From Actinomycetota bacterium (GTDB taxonomy: Bacteria; Actinomycetota; Acidimicrobiia; Spongiisociales; ZC4RG35): a stretch of 64,000 nucleotides of DNA. A program made the translations under genes and the position numbers. Below, piece after piece: positions 19,359-28,407 of the stretch (positions are counted from its first letter, which is position 1; every line of letters begins with the position of its first letter). Location: assembly GCA_052390035.1 (NCBI GenBank), contig JBQTHI010000007.1, positions 8,430 to 72,429 of the forward strand, in the 5' to 3' direction. The notes beneath the pieces were generated by a model. The model saw only the letters and a list, made by a program, of their open reading frames with translations, did no database searches and was not told the origin of the DNA.

Positions 19359-20117
19359 ATGCGGTGGGTGCTCGCTCCTATCCGAACTGTGTTGACCCTC
19401 GTCGGCGGAGTGGTAGCCACTCTGGTGGCCGCCCCCCTAGTGATTTTCATCGCTCGCATCAACTCCAAGAGTCCGATGATCGAGAAGATCATCCATGCCT
19501 GGAGCCGAGCCTGGCTGCTCCTTTCCGGCTCGACCCTCGAGGTGGACGGCCGGGAGCATGTCGATCCCACCCGATCACATGTGGTGGTTGCCAATCATCT
19601 GTCTCAGCTCGACATCATGGTGTGCCTGTTGGCGGTGCCGCTTTCCATCCGGTTCCTAGCCAAAAAGGAATTGTTCTCCATTCCCATCCTCGCCCCGGCG
19701 ATGCGCTCGGTCGGAATCATCGAAGTTGATCGGGAAGCCAGATCAGCCATCCACGAAAAGGTGAATCGTCAGGCTCGTGACCTGGTCGCGTCGGGTCGCT
19801 CGCTCATCATCTACCCAGAGGGGACCCGATCGCGCAACGGCGAACTACGCCCCTTTAAGAAGGGAGCGTTCACGATGGCCATCGCCGGGGGCATTCCGGT
19901 GTTGCCTGTGACAATTTCGGGAACCTACCGGGCCTGGCCACCCGGCAGGTTCTGGGTGTACGGAGGAAAGATCAAAGCCGTGATCGACCCACCGATCGAA
20001 ACGGGTGGCCTCACGCGTGAAGACACCTCATGGCTGGCGGACGAGGCTCGGACCATGATCGAGAAGCGGTATCTGGCGATGGGGGGAAAGGAGGCCGGCC
20101 GAGCCGATCAGTCATAG
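19359..20117 (+). CDS. plsC: 1-acyl-sn-glycerol-3-phosphate acyltransferase
   Basis: NHLSQLD (HX4D) and PEGTRS acyltransferase motifs; N-terminal TM helix. Confidence 0.85.
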   Translation: MRWVLAPIRTVLTLVGGVVATLVAAPLVIFIARINSKSPMIEKIIHAWSRAWLLLSGSTLEVDGREHVDPTRSHVVVANHLSQLDIMVCLLAVPLSIRFLAKKELFSIPILAPAMRSVGIIEVDREARSAIHEKVNRQARDLVASGRSLIIYPEGTRSRNGELRPFKKGAFTMAIAGGIPVLPVTISGTYRAWPPGRFWVYGGKIKAVIDPPIETGGLTREDTSWLADEARTMIEKRYLAMGGKEAGRADQS

Positions 20118-20209
20118 AGACCGGCGAGCAACGAACGTCCTTCTCGCACCTCTATCAGCAAGGCGCCGGCCGAGGTGACGATTTGATAGCGATCGGATGC
20201 CTGGTCTCC

Positions 20210-21625
20210 CTACCACCACCGGCCCAAGAGACGCCACGGTCCCGCCCAGTTCAGCACCGGCTCCCAGCGCGATCCCAGCCGCACCCGGGTAGGAGTTCCT
20301 ACATCCCATTCCACGTCGATTGCCACCGGTTCTGGTGGTATCAAGGCGGGGGCAGGTCCGGGAGTAGCCCCCGGCCAGGGTGAGGCCGGATCTCGTTCGG
20401 GCAACGGATGCTCCTCTCCATAGCGTCGCCACAACACCTGTTCGCGGGGCATTCGCCCCCCTTGCCTGTCGGCTTCGAGAACGGCGTCGGGTCCGACTAG
20501 CGCCTGGGCCCTGGCCAGTGCCCGCTCGGTTTCCAAACGATGGGAGTCATAACTTTGCCAACCCCCATCTCCATTGAACCCTCCTTCGAACAGGGCAAGT
20601 TGGCGGCCCTCACTGGACAGATCGAAAGGATCGAGCCGGATCCGCACCACCCCCCCGGTGACCCCACCTTGTTCCACCCAGGTACGTAGCTGCCACCAGA
20701 CCCGCTCGACCAGGCTCGCCTCGAAGAAAGGGTCGGCCGATCGCCAGGTACGGGTGCGGACCACTCCCCCGGCCGATTCGACCTCGATCTCCACCCGGTG
20801 AGGGGCTACCCCATCCCGGCGCAGGCTGGACATCAACCGGGCAGACAATGCCCGAGCGATGAAGGCCACCTGATCGAGAGATTCGAGTGGATCATCGTGA
20901 TGCGACTCGACCGCTAGGTCGGCTGGAATTACCCGTGGGCTGGGGTCGCGGTCCTCACCGCTGGCAAGCCGGTGAGCCAACAGCCCAGCCTCCCCAAAAC
21001 GGGAAGCGATCGCCTGGCGAGGAAGCCGGGCGAGCGCACCGAGGGTGGTGACCCCCAACCAGCGAAAGGTGTCGATCAGTTCGGCTCTCTCCAAGACAGC
21101 GATGTCGAGCGTGGCGAGGAAGGCGGCGGTGTTCTCGACGATGAGCGGTCGATCGGCAACCATCGCCGCCCAGCGGGCCGCAAAGGGCCCGTCGGCCAGT
21201 CCGAGCCGGGCGTTGGCCGCCACCAACGCCAGTTCCCTATCTACTTTCTCTACCAGCGTCGTTTCCCCCCCGTAATAACGAACCGCTCCGGCGATGGGGA
21301 TCAGGGCAAGACCCGGTTCCACCACCTCCACCCGGGGCACCAGCGATTCGAGGGTTGTGACCACCGGCTCGAAACGACGGGTTTCGTCACCCAGATCGCG
21401 ACCCCTCGTTATGGCCGTCGGACACATTGCCTCCGCCGCCCGCCGCCCCATCCCCAAACCCACCCCCGCCTCCCGGGCGACAGGGTTGGCGGCTCGCACC
21501 CGCTGCGCCTCTCCCCCACCCGCTGATCGGTCCTCGTAGACAAAACATGGCCTCCCCGGTTCGACTTCGATTCCAACCAACGGCCAATCGGGATACCAGA
21601 CACACAACGTACGCAAAGCGTTCAT
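20210..21625 (-). CDS. imuB: ImuB, Y-family-polymerase-like mutasome subunit
   Basis: Start taken at the internal Met MNALRTLCVWYPDWPLV (characteristic ImuB N-terminus), which makes a 4-nt overlap with the imuA' stop. Y-family-like fold without the catalytic acidic triad context; partner of dnaE2. Confidence 0.8.
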   Translation of the reverse strand: MNALRTLCVWYPDWPLVGIEVEPGRPCFVYEDRSAGGGEAQRVRAANPVAREAGVGLGMGRRAAEAMCPTAITRGRDLGDETRRFEPVVTTLESLVPRVEVVEPGLALIPIAGAVRYYGGETTLVEKVDRELALVAANARLGLADGPFAARWAAMVADRPLIVENTAAFLATLDIAVLERAELIDTFRWLGVTTLGALARLPRQAIASRFGEAGLLAHRLASGEDRDPSPRVIPADLAVESHHDDPLESLDQVAFIARALSARLMSSLRRDGVAPHRVEIEVESAGGVVRTRTWRSADPFFEASLVERVWWQLRTWVEQGGVTGGVVRIRLDPFDLSSEGRQLALFEGGFNGDGGWQSYDSHRLETERALARAQALVGPDAVLEADRQGGRMPREQVLWRRYGEEHPLPERDPASPWPGATPGPAPALIPPEPVAIDVEWDVGTPTRVRLGSRWEPVLNWAGPWRLLGRWW

Positions 21626-22182
21626 CCCGCCAGAGTGGTCTCCTGCCTGGGTAACGATTTGCCCGACACCTCGATGGCCAGGACTCGTTCTACCAACTGT
21701 CCGTGACCATGGTTCACCCCCAACCACGAGATCCCCTTGCCTTGCACGCGCAGGTGGGTGAGCCCGGAAGGAAGTTCTCCCCGGATCGGTCTCAATGCCA
21801 GACCCGCCTTACGAGCCCTGGTGAGAGCAGCCAGCCGTCGCAACTCCTGGTCACCCACCCCGATCGGAACTTCGGCATAAACCGCGGCAACTCCCTCCAG
21901 CACCGCTCCCACTACCCGCGGCCACAAACGCCGGTCGGGACAACGCACCACCACCAACCGGTTGGGGACCACCCCTACCTCCCAGGCGGCTAGCGGAGAA
22001 AGCCAACCCCGTACATCAAGCGCCACCACTGTGCCCAACCGGGAAGGAGCTGCCAGCAAAGAAAGACCCAGCCTGGTCAGACCCAACCCCGCCGGCCCTT
22101 CCAACCCAACGATCTTTCCGGGTTGGAGGGAAAACGTCTCGGCTGCAACCTGGTTCTGAGTTGGTTCTCCCAGGGCGATCAT
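21622..22182 (-). CDS. imuA': ImuA' (RecA/SulA-fold SOS cell-division-inhibitor-like mutasome protein)
   Basis: 186 aa, directly upstream of and overlapping imuB; LexA box immediately upstream; size and position as in actinobacterial imuA'-imuB cassettes. Confidence 0.65.
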   Translation of the reverse strand: MIALGEPTQNQVAAETFSLQPGKIVGLEGPAGLGLTRLGLSLLAAPSRLGTVVALDVRGWLSPLAAWEVGVVPNRLVVVRCPDRRLWPRVVGAVLEGVAAVYAEVPIGVGDQELRRLAALTRARKAGLALRPIRGELPSGLTHLRVQGKGISWLGVNHGHGQLVERVLAIEVSGKSLPRQETTLAG

Positions 22183-22194
22183 CGAACCACCCTA

Positions 22195-22210
22195 TCGAAC
22201 AATTGTTCGA
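22195..22210. promoter_or_regulatory. Perfect LexA (SOS) box TCGAAC-AATT-GTTCGA, 13 nt upstream of the imuA' start
   Basis: 12/12 match to the actinobacterial Cheo-box consensus. It lies in the divergent region shared with the DUF456 gene; an extra TCGAAC half-site at 22182-22187. Confidence 0.7.
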
Positions 22211-22265
22211 TAGGCAATAGCCCTTGGCGCCCGACACCGCCAGGGGCACTACCTACGATGGATCG

Positions 22266-22748
22266 ATGGACCCCACGGGTCTGGTCGTGGTCGGTATCGC
22301 CATCGCCGCAGGGCTCGTGGGAATCGTGGTCGCGGCCATTCCCGGTCTGATCCTCGTCTGGGCGGCTGTTGGAGCATGGGCGTTGGTTGAACGAAGCACC
22401 ATCGCCTGGATCATGTTCGGTATTGCCACCCTGCTGGCCATCGGAGGCCAGGTCGTCAAATACCTGGTCCCAGGCCGGCGGTTGAAGGATGCCGGGATTC
22501 CCAACCGTAGCCTCCTCGTCGGGGTTCTTTTCTCGTTGGTCGGGTTCTTCCTGATCCCGGTGGTCGGCTTCATCGTCGGATTCGTCGTCGGGGTCTTTGT
22601 CGCCGAGCGGGTCAGGCTCGGTGATGGCCAACAGGCGTGGACCAGCACCAAGCAAGCGCTGAAGGCTGCTTCACTTTCGATCGTGATCGAGCTGGCGGCG
22701 GGTCTCGCCATCGCCGGGTTGTGGTTGGGAACGGTCCTATTTGCCTGA
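22266..22748 (+). CDS. DUF456-family integral membrane protein
   Basis: Four hydrophobic helices, GxxxG-rich; start taken at the second Met (MDPTGLVVVGIAI...). Confidence 0.7.
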   Translation: MDPTGLVVVGIAIAAGLVGIVVAAIPGLILVWAAVGAWALVERSTIAWIMFGIATLLAIGGQVVKYLVPGRRLKDAGIPNRSLLVGVLFSLVGFFLIPVVGFIVGFVVGVFVAERVRLGDGQQAWTSTKQALKAASLSIVIELAAGLAIAGLWLGTVLFA

Positions 22749-23651
22749 TCCCCTGGTGCTCTTCAATTCCTCGAGTTCCTCCAAGGTCCGGGGCCAGTCT
22801 TCTCCCAACAACCGGGACAAAGATCGGTCGGCCAGCAGCTTGCCACCCGTTTGACATGTCGGGCAGTAGTTGACCTCGTTCTCGGCGTAAACGATTCTCT
22901 GCACGGGCGACCCACACCGGGGACAGGGATGACCAAATTTGCCGTGCACCGCCATTTCCGGGCGGAAGGCCGTGACCTTGACCGGCCATTGATCTCCGAC
23001 CTCGTTTCGTAATAGCTCGGTCCAATGATTGAGCTGTTCGACGGTCGCCTCGTGGAGACGGGTGATGGCGGCTGCGTCGAGCTGACGGGTGCGAGTCACC
23101 GGGGAGAGCCGGGCCTGCCACAAGATCTCGTCCGAGTAGGAATTACCGATCCCCGAGAATATGCGAGGGTCGGTCAGCGCCCTCTTCAGCGTACGGTTTT
23201 CTGCCACCAAAGCCGACTCGAAGGCGGCCCGATCGACTTGAAGCGGCTCTACCCCGCCTCGGTTTTCGGCGGCCAAGGCCTCCTCGCCCGCCAGCACCCA
23301 GATGCCCGCCCGTTTATGGGACCCCTGTTCGGTAAGCAACAAGGTCCCTTGGGGGAAGTCGAGGGCGGCGAGCCCGACCTTCTTGGGAATGGCTGCCCCT
23401 GCGGCCTTCCATTGCAGCCGCCCGGCGATCATCAGATGGATGACGAGAAACAACTCGTCGGGGAAGACGAACACGAGTCTCTTTCCCAGACGGCGCAGTT
23501 CGATGACGGGCTTGTCTTGGGGGGCGGTGTAGGGAGGCTGGTAGGTGCGCAGCACCGCCGGGGAGGCGATCCGCACTTTCTCCACCGGCTGGTTGAGCAC
23601 CCGTCGTTCGAGGGCCTCCAGATAGATCATGATGTCGGGAAGCTCGGGCAT
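22737..23651 (-). CDS. Fpg/Nei-family DNA glycosylase (formamidopyrimidine/endonuclease VIII-like)
   Basis: N-terminal MPELPD (catalytic Pro2/Glu3), H2TH region, C-terminal zinc finger CPRCG...CPTCQ. Start placed at MPELPD, which removes any overlap with the MFS gene. Confidence 0.85.
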   Translation of the reverse strand: MPELPDIMIYLEALERRVLNQPVEKVRIASPAVLRTYQPPYTAPQDKPVIELRRLGKRLVFVFPDELFLVIHLMIAGRLQWKAAGAAIPKKVGLAALDFPQGTLLLTEQGSHKRAGIWVLAGEEALAAENRGGVEPLQVDRAAFESALVAENRTLKRALTDPRIFSGIGNSYSDEILWQARLSPVTRTRQLDAAAITRLHEATVEQLNHWTELLRNEVGDQWPVKVTAFRPEMAVHGKFGHPCPRCGSPVQRIVYAENEVNYCPTCQTGGKLLADRSLSRLLGEDWPRTLEELEELKSTRGSGK

Positions 23652-23686
23652 CACGGCAAAACTAACGCCCGCCTTGTTTGGCGGTG

Positions 23687-24898
23687 TCACACATGCGGTA
23701 CCGGGGCGGTCACTAATTCGTCTGTGAGCAAAGGCCGAGACGGCCGCCACCGGTCCCAGTGTTCGATCGCATAAAACGCCGCCATGCCGGCCAGCACCGT
23801 CCCCGCCACCATCTGGAACATGATCCGGTAGCCGAAACCGCCGATGATCCAGCCGATCAGTGGCGAAACGCCGAACAGGGCCAAATCAAACAGCGCGGTG
23901 AATACCGCGGTGGCGGTGCCCCGTTCATGGTCGGCAGCACGGGTGGTCGCCATTCCCAACACCACCGGGTAAGAGATTCCATGACCGAGGCCGCTCAGGG
24001 CACCACCGATGACCAGGCCGTTCAAGCCACCGATCAGGCCGAGGCTGGCGATGCCCAGGCCATATACGCCCATGCCCGGCCCGACCATCCGCACCGGACC
24101 CACCCGATCAGGCACCCATGAGAACCCGAGCCGCCATAGCACCGCGGTTATCGCATAAGCGGTGAAAAAGGGGCCAACCGAGCCCAAACCTGAAGTGGCG
24201 ACGTAAGTCTTGACGAACACGAACGCAGTGGTGAAGCCCAACGACAGAAAGATCGTCACAAACCAGATTGGCCGCATGGCCGGATTGCGGAGCATCGATC
24301 CGAAACCAGTGGTGGCGGCGCCGGTGTTGACTCCGCTCCGCTCCATCTTCATGGCCAGCCCGAAGCTGACCACCGAGAAGGCTGCCGCCATCAGAAAAAC
24401 CCCTCGATAACCCCAACTGCTGTGGAGGACCAGGTCCCCGACCGCCGGGCCTATTCCAATAGGTGCCAGGCCCGAGATGCCGAAGAGGGCGATCCCCTGA
24501 GTCCGATTCTCCGCCGGAACCCGGTCGGCGATGTAAGTCCAGAAGGCGGTCATGGTCATCGCCTGCCCGAGACCCTGCAGCAGGCGAGCCACGACCAAAG
24601 CTTCTCCCAGTTGTTCGACAAACGCGTACATCAGGGTGGCGCCCGCTACCACCAAGGTTCCGATGCGGATAAGCAATCGACGGCTGTGGAGATCCATGAC
24701 CCGGCCGATGAACGGACGCACTCCGATGGAAGCGATCCCCGCCACCCCGACGATGATTCCTACCCTCAACTCGTTGGCACCGAGGTCCAACAGGTACCCG
24801 GGAAAGTGCACCAGGAGGCTGTTGGACAGCTCGGAGGCGAGCGCCGCCATGAAGACGAGCGCGAACCAACGCGTGAGAAGAGTTTGGCGGACCACCAA
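23687..24898 (-). CDS. MFS transporter
   Basis: 12 predicted TM helices, 403 aa, typical MFS loop motifs (GRVMDLHSRR). Confidence 0.85.
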   Translation of the reverse strand: MVVRQTLLTRWFALVFMAALASELSNSLLVHFPGYLLDLGANELRVGIIVGVAGIASIGVRPFIGRVMDLHSRRLLIRIGTLVVAGATLMYAFVEQLGEALVVARLLQGLGQAMTMTAFWTYIADRVPAENRTQGIALFGISGLAPIGIGPAVGDLVLHSSWGYRGVFLMAAAFSVVSFGLAMKMERSGVNTGAATTGFGSMLRNPAMRPIWFVTIFLSLGFTTAFVFVKTYVATSGLGSVGPFFTAYAITAVLWRLGFSWVPDRVGPVRMVGPGMGVYGLGIASLGLIGGLNGLVIGGALSGLGHGISYPVVLGMATTRAADHERGTATAVFTALFDLALFGVSPLIGWIIGGFGYRIMFQMVAGTVLAGMAAFYAIEHWDRWRPSRPLLTDELVTAPVPHV

Positions 24899-24999
24899 AG
24901 TACCTAACTCGCTCAGCGACCCCGAAATTCCGGTGTTCTCTTCTCTTTAGGGGGTTTGATCAAGCGCCGTGGCGGCGTCGTCGCTCATACGATGCCAGG

Positions 25000-25830
25000 G
25001 TGACCGGCGCTGATGCTCGGGTGATCGCCCTCGAGGGGCTTATCGACTACGCCGGGATGTACCCACCGGAGTCTCTGTCGTTGGCCGAAGCTCTTTTCCG
25101 GTACCAAAAACATCGGGGCGGCGACCACGCCTGGATGCTGGGGGTGTTCTTGTGTCCTTCGTCGCAACTGACCGCGCTCGCCGGGAGGGTGGAGGAAAGC
25201 GGGCTCCCGATCGGGGTGGTAGCCGACCAGGCCGTGGTGGAGGCGGTCGCCTCCACTAACGAATCGGGTCTCGAGATCACCCATTTCGAGCTGGCCACAG
25301 GCGTGGAGTCGGCACCGGATCTGGAGGGTCTGCGGCGCGACATAAGCCTCTTCATCGAAGCGGAGGTGGCCGAGGTCGCCACCCTCGCGCTCGAACTGGC
25401 CCCCCGGCCGGTGGCGGCCAAGGTTCGCCTGGGCGGTTCGACTCCCGCCTATTTTCCCGACCCGGGCCAGGTGGCCGCGTATCTGTCCGAGGTCGCCTCG
25501 GCCGGGCTGGCGGTCAAGGCCACCGCTGGTCTTCATCACCCCTGGCGTCACTTTTCCCCCGATCTCGGCGCCTGGCGGCACGGGTTCCTCAACCTGGTCG
25601 GCGCCGCCGCCCTCCTCGAAAATGGTGGGCGGTCGGTCGAGGCGGAGGTCATTCTCGAGGCCGAGACCGGGCGACTTGATGCGTCGGCACTGTCCGTGGC
25701 GGGTTTCGATTTCGGCCCTCAGGCGCTGGCGATCGGACGCTCTTTCCTCCCGTCATACGGGAGTTGTTCGTTCGACGAGCCGCTCGACGACCTGCTGGCG
25801 ATGTCGGCCATCCCCGGGAGGGTCCATTGA
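25000..25830 (+). CDS. Conserved hypothetical protein, first gene of a three-gene coupled operon
   Basis: 276-aa ORF with no motif I could assign; its stop overlaps the ATG of the next gene (TGATG). Confidence 0.5.
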   Translation: MTGADARVIALEGLIDYAGMYPPESLSLAEALFRYQKHRGGDHAWMLGVFLCPSSQLTALAGRVEESGLPIGVVADQAVVEAVASTNESGLEITHFELATGVESAPDLEGLRRDISLFIEAEVAEVATLALELAPRPVAAKVRLGGSTPAYFPDPGQVAAYLSEVASAGLAVKATAGLHHPWRHFSPDLGAWRHGFLNLVGAAALLENGGRSVEAEVILEAETGRLDASALSVAGFDFGPQALAIGRSFLPSYGSCSFDEPLDDLLAMSAIPGRVH

Positions 25831-26873
25831 TGGACCGGGAGCGAATCCGACAGTTCATGGAGCGTTTCGAGGGCATTGCCGCCGGCGCGGCCGCCGTCGG
25901 GGCTTTGGCGGTGGCAGATCGGGCCGGTGTGCTGGCGAAAATGGCGACTCGTGAAGCCGTCACGGCTTCCGACCTGGCGGGCGACGATTACGAGTTGCGT
26001 TATGTCGAAGAGATCCTGAACACACTGGCCGCCGCCGGAATCATCGAATACCAACCCGAAAACGGCAGCTTTTCGCTCCCCCCCGAACATGCCGCGGTCC
26101 TGGTCGATGAAACCAGCCCTTATCTGCTGGCAGGCTGGCTCGATGGCATCCCCGGCGCCATGAAGCTCATCGATCGGATAGCCCACGTCACCCGCATAGG
26201 AGGGGGAATTCCGGTCTCGGAGTACGAAGAGCGCCTGGTGGCCGGGATCGACCGGCTCAACTCTCCCGGGATCCGGGTCTTGCTGGCCCGGCGGTGGCTG
26301 CAGGCGATGCCGGACGTGGTCGCCAAATTGGCAGCGGGCGCCCGCGTGGCCGATGTCGGCTGCGGGTCGGGGGCGGCGGCGATCACGATTGCCGCCGCCT
26401 ACCCCTCATCGACTGTCATCGGTTATGACATCGACCGTCGGGCTCTCGATCGAGCCCGGGCGTCGTCAGGTTCTCTCGCCAACCTCGCCTTTGAGTTGAG
26501 ACCGGCCGGGGATCTGCCGGTCAAGCCTGGCTTCGATCTGATCACCACCTTCGATGTGATCCACGACCTCTCCCACCCATTGCCGGCTCTGCAAAGAATC
26601 CAAGAGGCGCTAACCCCCGACGGCACCTATCTGATGGTTGAGCCCGCCGCCGGACCCCGGCTCGAGGACAACCTCAGCCCCCGGGGTACCCTGCTGTACG
26701 GCTTCGGGCTGCTCTATTGCCTTCCGCAGTCGCTCGTCGGTGGTGGCGCCGGGCTGGGTGTTGGCTGGGGACCGGTGAAGGCCGCGGCGCTCTGCCGTGA
26801 GGCCGGATTCAGCCAGTTCGAACACCTTCCCGTCGAAAACCCCTACAGCAACTTTTTCCGGATCGAGCGGTGA
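25830..26873 (+). CDS. Class I SAM-dependent methyltransferase with N-terminal winged-helix/dimerisation domain (O-methyltransferase-like)
   Basis: Motif I VADVGCGSGAAA, post-I acidic residue (GYDID), motif II FDLITTFDVIHD. Confidence 0.8.
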   Translation: MDRERIRQFMERFEGIAAGAAAVGALAVADRAGVLAKMATREAVTASDLAGDDYELRYVEEILNTLAAAGIIEYQPENGSFSLPPEHAAVLVDETSPYLLAGWLDGIPGAMKLIDRIAHVTRIGGGIPVSEYEERLVAGIDRLNSPGIRVLLARRWLQAMPDVVAKLAAGARVADVGCGSGAAAITIAAAYPSSTVIGYDIDRRALDRARASSGSLANLAFELRPAGDLPVKPGFDLITTFDVIHDLSHPLPALQRIQEALTPDGTYLMVEPAAGPRLEDNLSPRGTLLYGFGLLYCLPQSLVGGGAGLGVGWGPVKAAALCREAGFSQFEHLPVENPYSNFFRIER

Positions 26874-27943
26874 GCTACGGGGTCTTCTCGGTCGGAGGGG
26901 GCCCCCGCCGGGTGGGCTTGGCGATCGAAGGACAGGTGCTCGATGTGTCCGAAACCGACGACCTGTTCGCACCGGGAACCCTCGAACCCCTGCTGGCGGC
27001 CGGACCCGAGGTGTGGCGCGCCGTCCGGGAAAAGGTCGGCAACCTTGCCAGCAGCCGTAACGATCTCATCCCCCTCGAGCGGGTACAGATGCACCTCCCC
27101 TGCCGGATCGGGGACTTCGTCGACTTCTACTCATCGATCGATCACGCCCGAAACGTAGGAAAGATTCTCCGACCCAACGCCGAACCCTTGCTTCCCAACT
27201 GGCGGCAGATGCCGATCGGCTATCACGGCCGGGCCGGCACCATTGTCGTCGACGGAACGCCGTTGCGCCGACCCTCGGGTCAGCGGGGTCTGGGAGACTT
27301 CGGTCCCACCCGCCGGCTCGACTTCGAGTTGGAGGTGGGGTTCCTCACCGGCCGGGGGCCGTCGCTCGGGACTCCGGTGCGTACGGCCGGAGCGGAGAAC
27401 TACATCTTTGGCCTGGTGCTGCTCAACGACTGGTCGGCCCGCGATATCCAGGCCTGGGAGTATCAGCCTCTGGGGCCGTTCCTCGGCAAATCCTTCGCCA
27501 CCACCATCTCCCCCTGGGTCGTGCCGCTCGCCGACCTGGAGGAGTTCAGGGTCGATCCCCCGATCCAACAGCCCGAACCACTCCCTTATATGCTGCCGGC
27601 GGGCCAAGGACTTGACGTGGATCTGGAGGTGTCGGTCAACGGAGAGGCGGTGACGAGGTCCAACCTCCGCCACCTCTATTGGACGATGAGCCAGCAAGTC
27701 GCCCACGTCACCAGCAACGGCGCCACGTTTGGCGCCGGGGATCTGTTCGCCTCGGGCACCGTGTCCGGTCCGACTCCGGACAGCCGGGGTTGCTTGCTCG
27801 AGATCAACGGCCTCGACGGCCCTTACCTGGCCGACGGCGACACCGTGCAGATGACAGCCCGGGCCGGAGATGTGTTCTTCGGATCGTGTGCGGGGACCGT
27901 GCACGGGTTTGATACCAACTTAGAGCAGCCGCTTCCTCGCTAA
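26870..27943 (+). CDS. fahA: Fumarylacetoacetase (FAH; EC 3.7.1.2-type)
   Basis: Collinear similarity to eukaryotic/bacterial FAH: YGVFS, IGDFVDFYSS..HARNVG, PNWRQMPIGYHGRAG, LLNDWSARDIQAWEYQPLGPFLGKSFATTISPWVVP, HLYWTMSQQVAHVTSNG. Start overlaps the methyltransferase stop (ATGA). Confidence 0.85.
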   Translation: MSYGVFSVGGGPRRVGLAIEGQVLDVSETDDLFAPGTLEPLLAAGPEVWRAVREKVGNLASSRNDLIPLERVQMHLPCRIGDFVDFYSSIDHARNVGKILRPNAEPLLPNWRQMPIGYHGRAGTIVVDGTPLRRPSGQRGLGDFGPTRRLDFELEVGFLTGRGPSLGTPVRTAGAENYIFGLVLLNDWSARDIQAWEYQPLGPFLGKSFATTISPWVVPLADLEEFRVDPPIQQPEPLPYMLPAGQGLDVDLEVSVNGEAVTRSNLRHLYWTMSQQVAHVTSNGATFGAGDLFASGTVSGPTPDSRGCLLEINGLDGPYLADGDTVQMTARAGDVFFGSCAGTVHGFDTNLEQPLPR

Positions 27944-28344
27944 TCGGCCCTCAACGTCGGGCCGACCAGGGCTACCAGGGCGGCGGCCGGGACCAGATGC
28001 ATCACTGCCTGAAACACCCGGTCGTTGGTCGAGTTGTCGAGCATGGTCAGGGTGAACAGGCTCAAAAAGCTGACCAGCACCACCAGGCCATTGAAGATCA
28101 GTTTTCCCTTCCCAGCTCGCCGGATGAGAAAGACAGCGAGGAGGACAGCGAGCAGCGCCGGCACCACCGAGAAGACGACAACATCTAGAAAAGTCATGTT
28201 CCTGGTTTCGGTCATGGCGAATCCTGCCGGAGTCCGCAGCGACACTCCTAGCTGGCGGAAGGCCATCAACAGCACCACGTTGACAGCCGTTGCCACCCCG
28301 ACGGCAATCAGCCCTCGCATCCAGGTGGATGGTCGGTCGTTCAT
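27940..28344 (-). CDS. Hypothetical membrane protein
   Basis: 134 aa, four hydrophobic segments; no motif. Confidence 0.45.
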   Translation of the reverse strand: MNDRPSTWMRGLIAVGVATAVNVVLLMAFRQLGVSLRTPAGFAMTETRNMTFLDVVVFSVVPALLAVLLAVFLIRRAGKGKLIFNGLVVLVSFLSLFTLTMLDNSTNDRVFQAVMHLVPAAALVALVGPTLRAD

Positions 28345-28407
28345 GAAGCCACCTCCTTGTTGACTGCGTCGAGGGGCCTATCCGAGAGGCTCATCCCGCC
28401 CTCGTCA

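Noticed and set aside
22016-22350. Two small ORFs (22016..22249 - and 22123..22350 +) both containing LSNNCSIG
   Set aside because: They are mirror translations across the palindromic LexA box TCGAACAATTGTTCGA in the imuA'/DUF456 intergenic region, not genes.
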